Source: Veleropilina oligotropha (lineage: Eukaryota). Taken from it: 64,000 nt of DNA. Under the pieces are notes generated by a model. It was given only the letters and a program-made list of their open reading frames with translations. It did no database searches and was not told the DNA's origin. How positions within the stretch are numbered: position 1 is the first letter of the stretch; every line of letters begins with the position of its first letter. Shown here in pieces: positions 25,759 through 40,468 of the stretch. The stretch covers positions 62,001 through 126,000 of the forward strand of contig JBEUKZ010000041.1 of assembly GCA_048128005.1 (NCBI GenBank). The letters run 5' to 3'. A program made the position numbers and the translations under genes.

Positions 25759-27473
25759 TCAAAATTTTGAGGTAATTGACATGTTTCCTGCATTGATGTT
25801 AAGCTCTCTCGAATCACTAGAGACGCAATTTTCTCTTTCACAAATTTTCGCTTTTTTGGGCAATGACACACTTTCCACATTATATTCCTTGGAGGATCCT
25901 TGCACTACATAACTAACGTGCACAAGCTGCTTCTCATTTGCACGCTTGTAAGATATAATTGCCGATAACCTGTGGCCAGTTTGTTCGGCAACCAGCTGTT
26001 CATCCACACCAGCAGCGTCAAATCGTGTACCAGCGGTTGCTCTAAGAGAATGGTTGGTGAAGAAACCAGGAAAACACGCAGCTTTACAGAGTCGCCCGAC
26101 TGTCTGCTGGAGTTGATGAATACCGACAGGAGAGTCCGAGTACCAACAATCTGCCAGAGGAAATCTTCGCGGTCGTAGATACAGCGCGTCACACTTCCCT
26201 TCTTTCGGTCTGAAACAGATATAAAAAAAATTAAATGCTTAATTTAATTGCAGTTATACACCCCACCCCACAACATACGCACGCACATAAACGCACACTG
26301 AAACAAATATATTCCCTTTTAAAGTTGACTTTAACAGCTTGGACCATCATAAGTACAGTGTCTTTAAATGTTTAATTCGAACGTCCCTGCACTCACACAG
26401 CCAGTGATATATGTTCACACGTTAACTAAGAAGGAAATATTGTTACTGTTGAATAAAATAATAACGAGGAAAGAAAATAGTTACTTTAGACAGATATATT
26501 GTTCATAAATCCTGACAGGACACCTATTTGGCACCGAAGTATTCTGGTAACATTGTACGTTAGCTGCAACTTTCCTATGGCGAATGCCACCTGAGTTTGT
26601 TTTATATATATCCTCCTCGTATTGCAAGTATTTCTTGCCATCATTATCAACTTTCTTTGTAATTTGACTGAAATCTCCATATCGAAGGTTTCGATGTTCG
26701 CCCCCTGCCCTCATGGCAAAATTCAATCCAAATTGAAACAGAAGAGTACCCAACAGTTTCTGAGCAGTGTCTGTTCCAAGGATATTATTTTTCCACATGT
26801 AGTCTTCCTGCTCCTCTGTTATTACTTGAGCCTGTTTTTTGTGAATTCCAAGGCCTTGTTTCGATAACAATTTCATTTTTGAATCTAAAACACTTCGCAA
26901 CCCGGAAAACTCCTGATCATCGAGGAAGTTAAGAAACGTCCATTTGAACGGAAGTGATGTTGAATCCCGATAACCAATTCATAAATTGTGTTTGGTCTAT
27001 ATTCTCCTCAGTCCTTATTTCTCACTTCCACAACAAAATAACCGAGAGCGTCGTTTAGATCAGATGACTAAAATTCCATCACGTTGTCCCTGAATTTCTG
27101 TAAATTGCTGTTTTGGTCACTTTTAATCTTACGTTGTTTCAGCCAGTTTTCAAACAGCGCAATACTCCATTTTGTCTTGTACTCTGTATTTTTACACATT
27201 CCTGCTTTCTGAGTTTTCAAGGTCACCTTCCTCGAGTGCAGGGGCAAATCTGGTCTGCCGTTCAATTGCTTGCTTTTCCTGAGTGATATTGTTCATTTCG
27301 TTGTCCGAAATATCGGAATACATATCACATTTTAAACTGAAATTTGCAGGTTTATCCTTCTCTTCCTCTAGGGACATAACATCGTTTAAAACAGAATCGG
27401 TATCATTTGAATCTTTGTGTTCGCAAAAACTTGACTGCGTGAGAAATATCGATGCATCACTGTCGGAAGACAT
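25759..27473 (-). pseudogene. Crypton-like tyrosine recombinase (DUF3504 type), one intron (~26210-26482), frameshifted
   Basis: FAMRAGGEHRNL (R), FFTNHSLRATA (HxxR), EQTGHR (H), SYKR (Y); also NRCPVRIY and KNTEYKTKWSIALFENW. Confidence 0.88.
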
Positions 27474-28483
27474 GGCGTAAATGGACTATGTGCTCATTTT
27501 TCCCGCCCCAATTGGTTTGAGATCAGAGGTGATAATTAGTAGCACAATAGACGGGTATGACTGGCCGGGCATGGATTCTGAAAACACAAAAGCTCCCAAA
27601 AGGCTGGTTTATATTGCAACATTAGTGTTCTTTATTAAGACAAAGGCGCCTTTGTTTTAAGTGTACAATATGTTGACGAAAGGTTTCGGCCGCTAACGCG
27701 GCCTCAACCTTTCCTCAACATATTGTACAGTTTTCGGCTTATCTCCATAACTTAAAGTCCAATATAATATCAATGAATTAGCACTTTAAATCATTAAAAT
27801 GTTTCGTGTCCAAATTATTTAATGTCCATCATGACATGGCGTTCCCGGCGAAAATATATCAGAATAGTCCGTGCAACGCTGTCTCGGTTGCGGTCAGAAC
27901 TCTCACTTTTCTTAATGAACCGAATACGTAGAATCTTCCGCAACTTTGAAAGTCTCTTGCACTTCATCTTTAAATCGTAGATCGTGGCTGATCACCAACG
28001 ATTAGGCGAAGAGGTTCGTAAGTATAAGTTATTAACCTAGAGTGAGGTCTTTGACCGCATGTAAAGACCTGGGATAGAGACAAAGCGTATAGGGAGAGTC
28101 GATCCGAGGGCCTTGGCTCGAGGATTGAGGCGCCCGATAAACTTTGCCACTACCCCAGGTCTTTACATGCGGTCAAAGACCGAACTCGTGGTTAATAACT
28201 TTCTTACACGCTGATTTATATTGATAATATATGTTTTTAATGTTATATAATAAAATAGTGTTTAAAATTTATGGCGATTTTAACGGTATTTGGAATCATC
28301 CGCCATAATTTGAGCATGCACGATGTTGATAAGATTTAATCGAATGCGCATGACAGGAGTCAATAAGTTGACAAGGTTTTACGCAATGCACGAAGATCTT
28401 GCTTATTTTAACAATGGAACTGCCCACCCCCTATGCTTTTGAATCTTGTATTATTTCGTTGTGATATTATCTCGGTGGTCAAA

Positions 28484-30856
28484 ATGTACTCGGATATTTC
28501 GGACAATGATAATTTTGTAACACAAAATACATTTAAAGCTGCGATGCATCCGTTGATACGGATTCGGTCATAAACGCGGCTTTAAGTCTTGAGCATGAAT
28601 TTGGAGAGCCAGATAAAACGGATTACTGGAATTTCGACTTGACTAGTAATGCGGCAGATAAGGCGCCACTTATCGACGATGAAAGTATACCTTTCAAAAA
28701 TGAAGAGAAACGCAGAACCGATAACAACGGAAAAATTAAATCAGATACAATATGATAGGGTTCCTGCGAATACAATATATCTAGATAATTGGGCAGTCTC
28801 CGTATTTGAAGCGTGGAGGAACGAGCGAGCAATAAGAAGTAAAGATAATCCCGTATTTGCGCAACCAACAGGGTGCTCGGATGTACAGCTTATTAATATG
28901 ACAAAACTGGGTTTAAACGAATGTTTGTCGTATTTCATAAGTAAGCTAGAAAACAAGATGGTGGGGATTATACAGCTGATATTATATATGCATTAGCCAT
29001 GTCTTTACTTGGTGAAAAATGGGGTTTCGGTAAATTTCCTTACGGACGACGAGTTTGAAATGTTCAGGAAAACATTAGACGCATTGATGAAAGAACGGGC
29101 CTCGCGAGGATTGGGATTACTGAATATGAACAGGAGGATGTTCTTTGGAACAAGGGTGTCTTAGGTGATAGCAATCCTCGGACGCTAGTGGATACGTTAA
29201 TATTTTCATTTGGTCTGCACTTTGCATTACGGTCTGGCAAAGCGCACAGAGGACTGCGGTTTGGTTCGGATAAAGAACCAAGCCAGTTATATTAATTCAT
29301 ACAGATCATGTAAATGAGCGCAAATATATTGAATAATATAAAGAAGACGTATTGAAAAGTAACAATGGTGGATTGTATCATCGTCGAGTGAAATCAAAAT
29401 GAAAACACAAGTTATCCAACAAGATGCGTTGTAAAACTTTTCGAGAAATACATTCGCTTCTGGTGAGTACAAATTATTAAGTAATAAATAATTATATCCC
29501 AGTTAATTGATTCTTTCTAACGATTGATTGTTATCCGGTAATAACAAGTCTTTAGACAACAGACACGTTTGTACAAATTTACGTCATTGCTAGAGCTACC
29601 AATTTAATCGTAAATATATTTAGTACGCAATTAATGCCATCGAACGCAGTGGTCTTGCCAGTTTAGTGGGATGCTCATGACTTAGTGGGAATTGGTCTAT
29701 TAGCAAAAGATCATGGGGTCAATCCCCGTTTGTGCCGACGATTCCCGTCTCATTGCACATGGATTTGATGGAACGCGTCTGTACGGATAGAGAGAGGGGG
29801 GGGGGGGGCAACTGCAATTTGACAAAAATATTGTCAAAGTGATCATAAATCTTAAATACAAACTGATCAGCATTTCTTGTAGCGTGTACGTGAATGCTAT
29901 ATTTGACCATTATAGTAAAAACGCAATGATTTGGTGCAAAATTAATGCAGGTTTAGACTCGAATAATAAATTTATGGTGTTTTTATTTCCAGTCCAATTA
30001 ACAAAACCACGAGTTCGCTTTATCTACAACCATTCAAAGTACCCAGAAACGACTGCTGGTACGCTGTTACTCCAATAGGCCACAACACCATTGCTAAAAC
30101 TGTGAAACGTCTTTGTGAAAAGGCGGTAATTGATGGTTATTTCACCAACTATTCATTAAGAGCCACAAACGCGACACGACTATATGACGCAAAGACTGAC
30201 GAGCAGTTGATTATGGAAAAAACAGGTATAAATATATAATATATATATATATGATTTGATTTGATTTGAATCGAAGTTTTACGACCACTTTCAGAATATT
30301 TCACCGGTTTCGCAGTCGGGACACCCGGTTTAACGTCTTTATCCGAACGGACAGAGCAATTGTGGCTTATTTCCTTGCTCAATCGTCACCAGTACTCTGA
30401 ACACCAGAGATCTGACGCTCGAATCACTCGGACACGCGTTATTTCTGTTTTACATTATAGTAACGACAAGTGTTCGAAACACGAACGTGATGTATTGTCA
30501 TTTAATATTCACATTCTGAAAGTAATGCGAAGCACCGTATTAGATGATGCTTCTGATATTAAAAATTGACTGTTTCTTCAACATATCATCGGATTAAAGT
30601 TTTTGCCACATTACTTACGTCAAAGTTGTATGATATGTGTGTGTTTTTTGTGCGTGTTGTTGTGTGTGCGATTAATGTTCTAACTTGTTCAATTATTTAT
30701 TTATCAGGGCATCGAAGTGAAGCTGTGCGAACGTATAAGCGAACAAAGCCCGAACGGCAGGCCGAGCTATCTGACGTAGTATATTCTGCAACCGTTCCGA
30801 AACTGCAGCGCACGGATCATGATTCAAGCGTCTCGACTGACTGCAAACCGAAATAG
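28484..30856 (+). pseudogene. Second Crypton-like tyrosine recombinase (DUF3504 type), introns ~29463-29991 and ~30226-30707, degraded
   Basis: [41 protein letters not shown]; canonical gt-ag junctions. Confidence 0.88.
30252..30440 (-). mobile_element. SINE fragment with Nin/Deu-like motif; similar pieces at ~39470-39650 and ~51925-52110
   Basis: ccggtttaacgtctttatccgaacggac resembles the Nin/Deu domain; (aaatc)n tail. Confidence 0.5.
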
Positions 30857-33429
30857 TCGACCACTTTTACGATAAATATAAACTTGTGGCATTCATTTTT
30901 GCATTTGTGATGTTGATTACCAGAACCTAATTACATCGATATTAAACGATATTTAAATAGACATTTTTTGCATTCTATATTAACAGTAAGACAACAATTC
31001 CACTAAATCGTAAGAAAATGGACATTTTTACCTTTGTTAGTCTCGGGTAAAATGTTTCACCCGGTCTTTAACCCAATAAGAGACTCGCAAAAGACAATGG
31101 ATGACGTCATCATCAGTGTGTAAGGGCAGTACCGCGTCATAGATTGGGAGATCAGCTTCGTCGTAGTTACCCTCGCCTCCGGAGGAGAGGCGGGGAAGGG
31201 TATTGCAATCGGTTCCGTATGTATGTCCGAATGTTTGTATGTATATATGTATGTCCATTCGCATAATTCGCAAACTATTGATCCGATTTAACTGAAATGT
31301 TTACACAAGGTATGGATTCTCCCTGGCTCAGTCCTCCTTGAAGATGGTCTGGATTGTATCCGGGTTCGGATTTTATGACGCAATATCCGGTTTATAGGTT
31401 TTCGGCTGTAGCGTTAAAACGCCCCATCGTACAAACATCAAAATAGTCTCAAATGTTCTTTAGATCAGGGGTCAATGACAACATGACTAATATAGAATCT
31501 ATCTCGCACAAGATGGCCGCCAGGGGGATTTAAAATTTGAATAATAGGGGGTCAATTTGTAATTTCGCCAAATCGAATTAAATTAGCTAAATTCGTTATG
31601 CAAATCATAGTCATGATGAAATGATATTGATATCAGCAAAAATATTTAGAAAATAATGTGAAATGTGAACTTTATAAGCATTTTAGAAATCAACCAACGC
31701 AAATTGCTATTAAATGCCGTAAATATGTAACCACTGAACCCAGACACCTCAAATTTTGCCAAGTGACAGAGTGAGACATATCTACAACTCTTATGGATAT
31801 ACTTTGTGTTTGAGCGCATTTGTAGCAATATTTTTTGTTTCGAAGTCAAAATTGTCGAGACGCTGCGATATTTGTGATAGCTCTTTAAATACTGCTAACG
31901 CCGCGATATAATTTACACCACTAAGGAAGGTTACCGTAATCTATCGTTCTTGAAAATTTCACGTATATCGCTTTAGTAACTATTGAGTTATTGCGAGTTA
32001 AGTATTGTCAACTTCGGCCAAATTTGCAAACACAAAAATGTAACACCAACTATAATTAAAGCTGCAAGCAGCTGTGAGGGCTTCAAGTCCGAACCATGGT
32101 GGCTGCAGTAGTTGCAATCGAACCCCATACTTGACATCCATGTCCAATGTGCTTTACCTATACCACTGATGTGAATAACTCGCCTGCAAGGTCAATATTT
32201 AACATATACGTCATATATAGGTCAAAAGGTCATCGGAAGTCAAAGGTCAAGGTCACATTTGAAAGATTGCCCATGACCTCATATAGGCTCCCTATGGTAA
32301 CTAGTGTCTACAGTGCATAATTTGCGAGATATTGCTTGTGTAAACAAATCATGTAATGGCCACCCTGGCAATTCTAGTTTTCGGAAATTGGTCGAATGCG
32401 CCAATAGGTCTTCAATGTACCTACTTTTGCAAATAGACATGTCTTTATGCATTTTGTATTAATTTTAGTATCATTAAGTATCATAACTCTACGTCGATTT
32501 CCTTAAATCCAAGATGGTGGATGACCTACTTGACCGATCTGATCAAAATTTGTTTCTATAGCATGGGCTTCCATATATACATACCTATATATGATATATC
32601 ATTATTCTAGTCACAAAGCTTTTTGAGATATTGCCATTTAAGAATTAAAATCACCGACAATATCGAAAATATCTCAAAACGAGGCGCTTTAAACGATTTT
32701 AAGAACTGATCTTTTTACAGTATTTAAGTAGTTGATAGATGAAGCATTCTTCCAATTTTCAGAATTTTTTTTAAAGAAAATTAAATTTAAAAAACAAAAA
32801 ACAAAAATTAAATTATTTTATTTATTTATTTATTTTATTATTTCGTAATGAACATATGGCCACTCTGAATCGAATGCCGCAAATTTCTACACCGCATAGT
32901 TCTCGAGATATGTCCATTTGAAAATGAATGTGTAATATTTAGATACTGATTAATTGTTAACTGGTGGATATTGTTATACTTTCTTCAGTAGCCTTTACGC
33001 ACACATTTATTGTATAAGAAGCTTTATTATGTTCATTAATATAATGTTTGGTCTAACATAAGGGAGAATGTAGTGGATTGCTGTTATAATGCATATACAG
33101 TACTCTTATTAGATATGGGAGATAACTCCTATCACCTTAATTGTGTATTGATTGTCTCCCAGACATATCGCAATGTACTCTGCAATAAAGCAATGTGGAT
33201 TAAATTCGTCTGCTTGTGTTATATAGTTAAATCTGTAACCACCATCAACAAGACACTTCATATCATATACTTTTTTGTGCCGCATCCAGTGATGTCACGC
33301 ATAAACAAACAAAAAAAGTAATCGCATTCAAATTAGACAATTTTTTCTGATTATATATTGCTATCGAACAAGTCTTTGTGATAATGTATATTGTTGTTGT
33401 TGCGAAAAATATATACGAGAAGGTAACTG

Positions 33430-34970
33430 ACATATTTTCATAATGATTGATCGACTGACTGACTGACTGATTTAATTGTTCGTTCCATTTAATGAACCTG
33501 TAGGGCTAAACCGGGACTATTCCGTATTATTGTGGGAGCAAAGCTCACATTAACCGGTAAAACCCACGTACCTCGGTCGGTTACGGTCAACCGTGTCTGA
33601 TAACCTTACAAATGCTGTCTCAGAACGGATCGAACCCGCAATGCGCAAGGCCATTGCAGACAGACCAAGTAGATTTAGTTCCACCACTCGGCCACCGGGC
33701 GCACTCAATGATTGAATTATCATCCTGAGTCAAGACATTATTCTATTCCATACATTAAGGAAATCCGATATACAATTAGTTGGTGAATTTCATTCATATC
33801 GCAGCATAAGAACACGTAAAGATGTTGACTATGTACTTGATGCAAGATCGTTTCTTCGTCGCTTTATAACTTAAATTGTTGGTCAATTTCTTATTTTCAC
33901 CACAGATTTCTTTACACGTTCATTAGGATATTAATACATATTTTTGTAATCATCGTGTTGCATGCATATATTATGTTGCAATTTTGTTGACGATTGTCTA
34001 TATTTTGATGTGGGTTTGTGTTGTCTAGCCTATTGTAGGCGTGTGATATTTGTGGGCGTCTGTTAGGAACATGTCACCCACTAAAATGTCTGTCATTAAG
34101 TATTGCTATTACACGATTATCTACGGAATCGATTGGGAGTTTCAAATGGGGCATCATTCGTTGAATCGAGCCTTATCGAGTATGGCGCTGGAATTTTAAC
34201 GGTTGAAAACCGTGTGTCCCCAGTTCATCCAGAGTGGTGCCCGTTATCAGCCAGAGAGAGGTTTAAAGGAGGCAACCGCAAATTCGAAGATCGTTGTTTA
34301 CCTAATTGGAACAGTTCTTACGAGGTTTCGCATGGATAATTTCCCGCAAAGTTGATCACCAGAGGTCAAAGTCAAGGTCAAATTTTAAAAAGTACCTATG
34401 TGCAAAACTTCCTATAGGCCCCAATAGTAACGTTATCTATAACTATAATATTTTAGAAGATAATGCTACGAATTATGCAGTGGTAAATTTTCATATTTGA
34501 AAATTCAAAATGTTTTTTGAAGATTTGCTCATAACCACGTGGTATCTAAATTTTTAATGTTGTCGCTCAAGGAAGTTATTTAAGCTTTGAAAATCATTTC
34601 AAATTCAAAGTCAAGATGATATCGGCGGCATTACCATATTGAAACGCAATAATTAATATCGTCAAATGAAAACGTCATTGCTCGGCTGGATGTGGTAGAG
34701 TGTAATCTAATTAAATCTCATGACCAATACAAGCTTATTGTCAGCTTTACGTCAGCTTTACATTTTATAACTTCCCGATGGTAGAGTGGGCAAGAGCACT
34801 TCTTCATTTTCATTTCTACAGACGAACTGGCTAAGTGGGTTGTCGATACCGGTGCAATGCATTTTGGAATCCGTGGTTCACAACTCTCCGGAATGATCTG
34901 CTATCGATAATGCTGGCTTTCCTCGCATATGCAGTAGTTTTCATGAACTCAACATTTTAATTAGCATCGC
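33430..34970 (+). repeat. Direct repeat copy 1 (~1.5 kb)
   Basis: Nearly identical to 40469-41794. Confidence 0.95.
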
Positions 34971-35774
34971 AGTAGCGAGTATACGATCATACAAGGAAAG
35001 GATTTCTTTCAATTAAACGATCGTCTCGCTCTAATACGTCCAACAGCCCATTAGATTCCCAGACGCGTTAACCACCACGTGATAATATAGACATCTCCAA
35101 ATGACCATATATGTGCATGTAAAGCGGACACAATAAATACGATGCATTGGCAAATAATTTATGCATATTAGCAACGAGACAGTCGTGTTTTCGTCCCATT
35201 CAATGGAATACACCTCTAGGGTTATAAAGAGCCTATCACGGTTTAACAGGCGAAACCCACATACCGGTCAATTACCGACAACTGTCAGATATCTTAGCAA
35301 ACGGATTCGAACCTGCAACGCGATTGCAAACGTGCCAAGTAGATTTAGCACAGTCACTAGAATCACTCTGCCATTGGGCGCCCTAATAATAAATAATGGA
35401 GATATAAGCAAGGAATGCATAGTGTCGTAAAATACAGATTGGATCGTGCTTGTACAAATTTCATGGAAGTATTGTTATCACCAATGATAATTTCAACCCT
35501 CTCATCTAGTTTTGCCAAGAAACTAAAAACTACGGGATCCTTCGTAGGACGCAAGTGAATCGACTATCAAGACTGATATAGTCCAAGCTCGCGTGTATAC
35601 ATGCAACGCTCAAATTCCGACGAAGTCTTAAATATGGTATGCATTTAGCAAAGTAATATAGATCATGAAAAAAACAAATGACAGAAATTATAAAATATTT
35701 TATTAAAGACAAAATATGCTCAGGAAATGCGAAATAACGGATATATGAATTACCAGAGATTTTCTCTCTAGTTA

Positions 35775-38635
35775 TTACATTGCATCCACCAATGCATTTT
35801 CACTGGTGGATGCTGTTGCACTGGTGGATGTGGTAGTTTCCTCCATTAGGTGGATTGAGAGGTTATTTATCGTATTTCTACCCGTGATATCGTCAGAGAC
35901 GCCGCTGATGCTGCAAAGAAGAAACGTAGTTGAGTCTTCTGCATCCTCTAGGATTTCGGTTTTGCCGATGTTAAAGACTGCATCAAGCAACGCCTGAGCT
36001 TCGATGGTATAAAGCTGGTTATTATCCAGAATTATGTCGACATGGAACCTTTTTCTCAGCATTTCGGTCTTGAAAACCATTCCGCATTCGCATGTCTGCA
36101 GGCTCGCAGAAGGTATGGTTGAAATCACTGCCGAGCATAGTCTGCACAGGCGGGTAAATTTAGCGTATACAGAGATCACTGTCCCGGCGATTCTACGGAG
36201 GGGGGGTTCCGGGGGTGGGTCGCACACGGGTCCGATATCCTTTACCTCCTTTATTTCACAGCCATTGGTGATAGTCAGGAATACTTCGTCTTTGAAAGCG
36301 CCGCGTTTCGCGTCGTGAATACTGTACGATTTTCCAACGGCGAAGATATGAGAGCAGCCCTCCCATATGCTCACTCGAATAGATTCCGTCGAATCAGCCA
36401 CCATGTAGGTGCGGAGTTTTAGCGTTCGCCCGTCTCGGGTCTCTGTCTGGATGCCGTCGTTGCCCTTTGCTACTTCGAAGCACACGTTTACCTGAAATGA
36501 TGCATTGCATTTAGTGTTTATCCAATAATCTGATAATACAAGATCACAATGTGCAAAATAAATTGCAAATTCCTGTTAGATATTGCCTTCTTATCGTTTC
36601 CAGGATCACAACGCCATAGATCATGTATCTATCTTTGGGTGTGCCTTATGCTTCGAATAGCGTCATTTTCAATAGGTCCGATTTAATACTAAAAAATTGT
36701 TGACGTGGTCGTTAAACATTGACAAATACACGGCGCGACGCCAACGAAAACGATAAGCACATTAAATTGAGCAGCAAAGACATTTATTGCAAAATAATAC
36801 AATGAAATAATTTTAATCGATACTTATATTTAACGAAGTGTCAAGTGACTCAAAAAATGGATTTCTACGAGTACAGAACAAATAACAGGGATGTTGCCTT
36901 GCACTATAGGCTAGGTATATATTCGATGGGCATTAGGGTTAGTGCACAAGACAAGCAGGATTAGATAACCGCTTAAAATATCGAACTTGATATACAATTA
37001 TTTTTCGGTCTCGATTCGTGACTTTACGGCAATTACAACGAAGGTATATTTCATCATTGCGCATGACATCATGATCTAACACTAAGGCCCTGTCTGATTA
37101 CAAAGAATCCGAAACCGGTTTCAGATTCTGTGCTGTCTGTTTACAACAGATTCGATGAATCCGAATCCGGATTCGCGAATCGGTGAATCTGCTCGCGAGA
37201 TGGATTCACCAGATTCGATGCTGAAACAAGATGGCGGCGACCGGTGACAATGCGTAAGTTTGCATTAATATTTACGGAAATTGAATAAAGATACATGTTG
37301 ACACATCGCAGTATGATTATGCAACTTTTATTTATGCGAATGACGCTACCAACAGCTAAGCAATAATTCGGAATATTAGAAATTAAGCTGCCATCATCTT
37401 AAAAAATGAAGTCGAATACCGAGAACGGGATCGATCGAACAGCTCAGCTTATTGACAGTCCCTCACGCCAAAAAGCACACCGATTCATATTCCAGCCTGG
37501 CAGGTCAATAATATTGTAATTTACTTTAATCAGCTTATGGTTACCGTTCTAAAGTCCCGTCACTGTTTGCACGATTATTTCGGGAATTGGCATTGTTCGT
37601 GATTATCCGCAACAAGAAATGCATACGCCTATAGTGTATGCTAGCCATAGCAGTTGCTACGGTGATACCCATTTTCAGATTCATTGCGTTATTTTACAAC
37701 AGTTGGATTCGGGAATCTGGATTCGGAATCCGAATCCGGATTCATTGTAATCAGACAGGGCCTTAGCAACCAATCGTAATAACTGTCAAGAATTTCCGAA
37801 CAAATATACGGCAACGTAGGCCTACTTGTAGCCACAGCCTATATTTAACATGGCAAAGTTTCAAGGCTGGTATGCAAATGACGTTTAAGCTGAAAATAAT
37901 TGATACATCAAAAGCACAGCAGTAATATATCTTAATTCAAATCGTCATACAAGCCAGAATATGATCTAGTGTACATGATTTTACTTACAGTAGTCAGCTG
38001 GCATTGGGTTCCTTTGATGGCGTTGATCGTAGAGAAGACCTTGGCAGGCGGCACTTTTCTCTTGAATTTCACGTTGGCACAGGGGACTTTTAAGACTTCG
38101 ATGAGGGACCTCTTGCTACATTTAAAGTCGTAGGTACCTGGATTCGTGTAGCCTGAAGAAAAGAAATGTATTTATTACTAAAATCAACTTGTTATGCTAT
38201 CTACGCAATGCTAAAAAAACAGCACGATATCTTTCGAAATGCTCTAGGCGCTTTAAATACAGGCATGCATTGTAATAATCAATAGGCATAAAGTAACCAT
38301 TACTGTTCTGGCAAACGATGTTGACCAACATGCGTACACATTTTGGTTTTCCGGATTCCGACAGATACTTTTATAAATAAACAAATCAACAAAATCGGAT
38401 GACCCCCCATCCGTAACCCAGATGAATTCAATATTGCAAAGACTGGTTCTTGGCTCATGGTCAAACATTTCAAGTAATCCTGATAACAAACTGGCAAACA
38501 AACAAACGGACAAAGTCAGACGAAAACGGCCTCCTTGTTTTTCAGAGGTAACTAGTACTGCCCGACAAACAATACGACAATATTGTAATACTTACTTGTT
38601 ACTTTCGTAACAGAAGTCACTTTCACGGGACGCTT
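35775..38635 (-). CDS. 5'-truncated RPA-like OB-fold + Zn-ribbon protein; exons ~38635-38596, 38152-37989, 36491-35775
   Basis: Phase-compatible gt-ag junctions; DGRTLKLRTYMVADSTESIRVSIWE..GKSYSI OB-fold signature; CRLC..CEC ribbon; visible exons are open. Confidence 0.7.
37085..37763. mobile_element. MITE in an intron, probable TA TSD
   Basis: TIR aggccctgtctgattacaa / ttgtaatcagacagggcct; gaatcc/ggattc subterminal repeats. Confidence 0.8.
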
Positions 38636-40468
38636 AGATTAAATATAATTACCATATTCACCATGGCAAAAATCAGCACCTAAGATCAAGGACATACAAT
38701 TTGTTATATAACTTGATGTTACATAATGTAAAGTTACGCAATTTATCAGAAATTAGGCTATTTTCTGTTAATATATATCAATATTGAGGATATAAAGAAT
38801 TCCACAACGGAAAATTTAGACATTTTATGTAATAATTGTGTTATGTTTTATAACATTGTATATATCATTATTAATATCATTATCACATTAAGTGTGTGTC
38901 TCATTTAATGAACATTTCGAGCTATACCGGGACTAATCCGTAAATATTGTTAGAAGAAAGCACGGATTAACCGGCGAAACCCACGCACCTTGGTCGGTCT
39001 CGGACAACCGTGTCTGAAAATCTCGCAAATGCTGTCTTCGATCGGATTCGAACCCACAACGCAAGGCCAGAGCAGACAGGCCAAGTAGATTTAGTACTTT
39101 CACTAGAACCACTCGGTCACCAGGCGCCCCAGTCACCATAAGTAATCACCCATATCTGTCTATTTGTTTGTTTGGTAGCAAGATCTGTCTAACAGTTAAC
39201 GGATTTTGATGAAGCTTTCATGATGATTGCTCCTAATTATCTTATTCTGATTGTGCTGGCCATATAGAAGTTGCGGGTTCAAAAACGGTGAAACCCATGC
39301 GCACTGGTATGCTATGGATAACCGTGTCTGATAATCTTACATAGAACTACCAGAGTAGGTAGGCCGAACAGATTAAACGCTTCGCTCTACAATTCGGCCA
39401 CCGGGAGCCCAGATAGCGACAGATTTAAAAAATATATTTCAGATCACATATATTTTATTTTATTAGCAATTTTTACAACCACTTTTTAACAATATTTCGG
39501 TGATTAGTAGTCTCGGTTTAACGTATCAATCAGATCAGATACTATGTGCAATGGAGAGGAGAATCATGAAAATAATCATCGGCACATCCGGGGATTGAAC
39601 CCTGGACATTCGGTTAGAAGACAAGTGTCATATTCACTAAGCCAATTGCCGCCCCCTAAATTTCAGCGAAAAAAGGGACCGCATGTAAAAGCATGAGTTC
39701 GAATCATTTGTGGTTTATCTTTGAATTGGTAGTTTTACTACTACTGAATACAAATGATCGTTAGTAGTCGGGACCCCGGTTTAACGCTTGTATCCGATAA
39801 ACGGACACTGCATGCAATGGATACTGGAATCATGTCATTTGTATATGGAATTGAACCGTCCCCTATTCGGTTTGTGTCAATGTGTCACCAGTTACATCTT
39901 TACGAACATCTCAAATGATGGATATTTTGGTTGGTTGGTTGTGTTGATTTTTATTTCATTAAAAGCCCCTCTGCGGGTCATACCGGGATATGTCTATGTT
40001 ATGGTAGGTGGAAAGCCTGGAATAGGCCCCATATCCATGCAATGTAATCCACCCGCATCAATCGGTTATAGACATCTGTCTCCGGTAGTAGTCGTTGCCT
40101 TCGAGAGCAAAGCTCTATCCGCTCGGCCACCAAGCCTGTCATAATTTAGGGTGAAGGACGTTCGAGTTGACGCGAAAACAAAATCACGGGCGAATGGTAT
40201 TCAAGTTAATGTGAAATCAACATCTCAGGTGAAGGACATTGGTGTTACATAACATGGAAAATGTCATGCAAATATTGCCGTATATAGAATCAGATTCTGT
40301 TTTTTCAATCCACAGTGACCTCGGCGATAAGTTGTAATGTTCATAAAATCATATGGTGTCATTTACACAAATCACCAGCCACGAACATTCAATTTTCCAT
40401 ATATAATAATATGAAATGCAACAACAACACCTCCAGTAACGATCTTTCAATTTTCCGTACAGAATAAA

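Noticed and set aside
34103..34500. ORFs repeated at 40927-41324
   Set aside because: Recurrence reflects the recent DNA duplication, not coding constraint; non-ATG starts and no motifs
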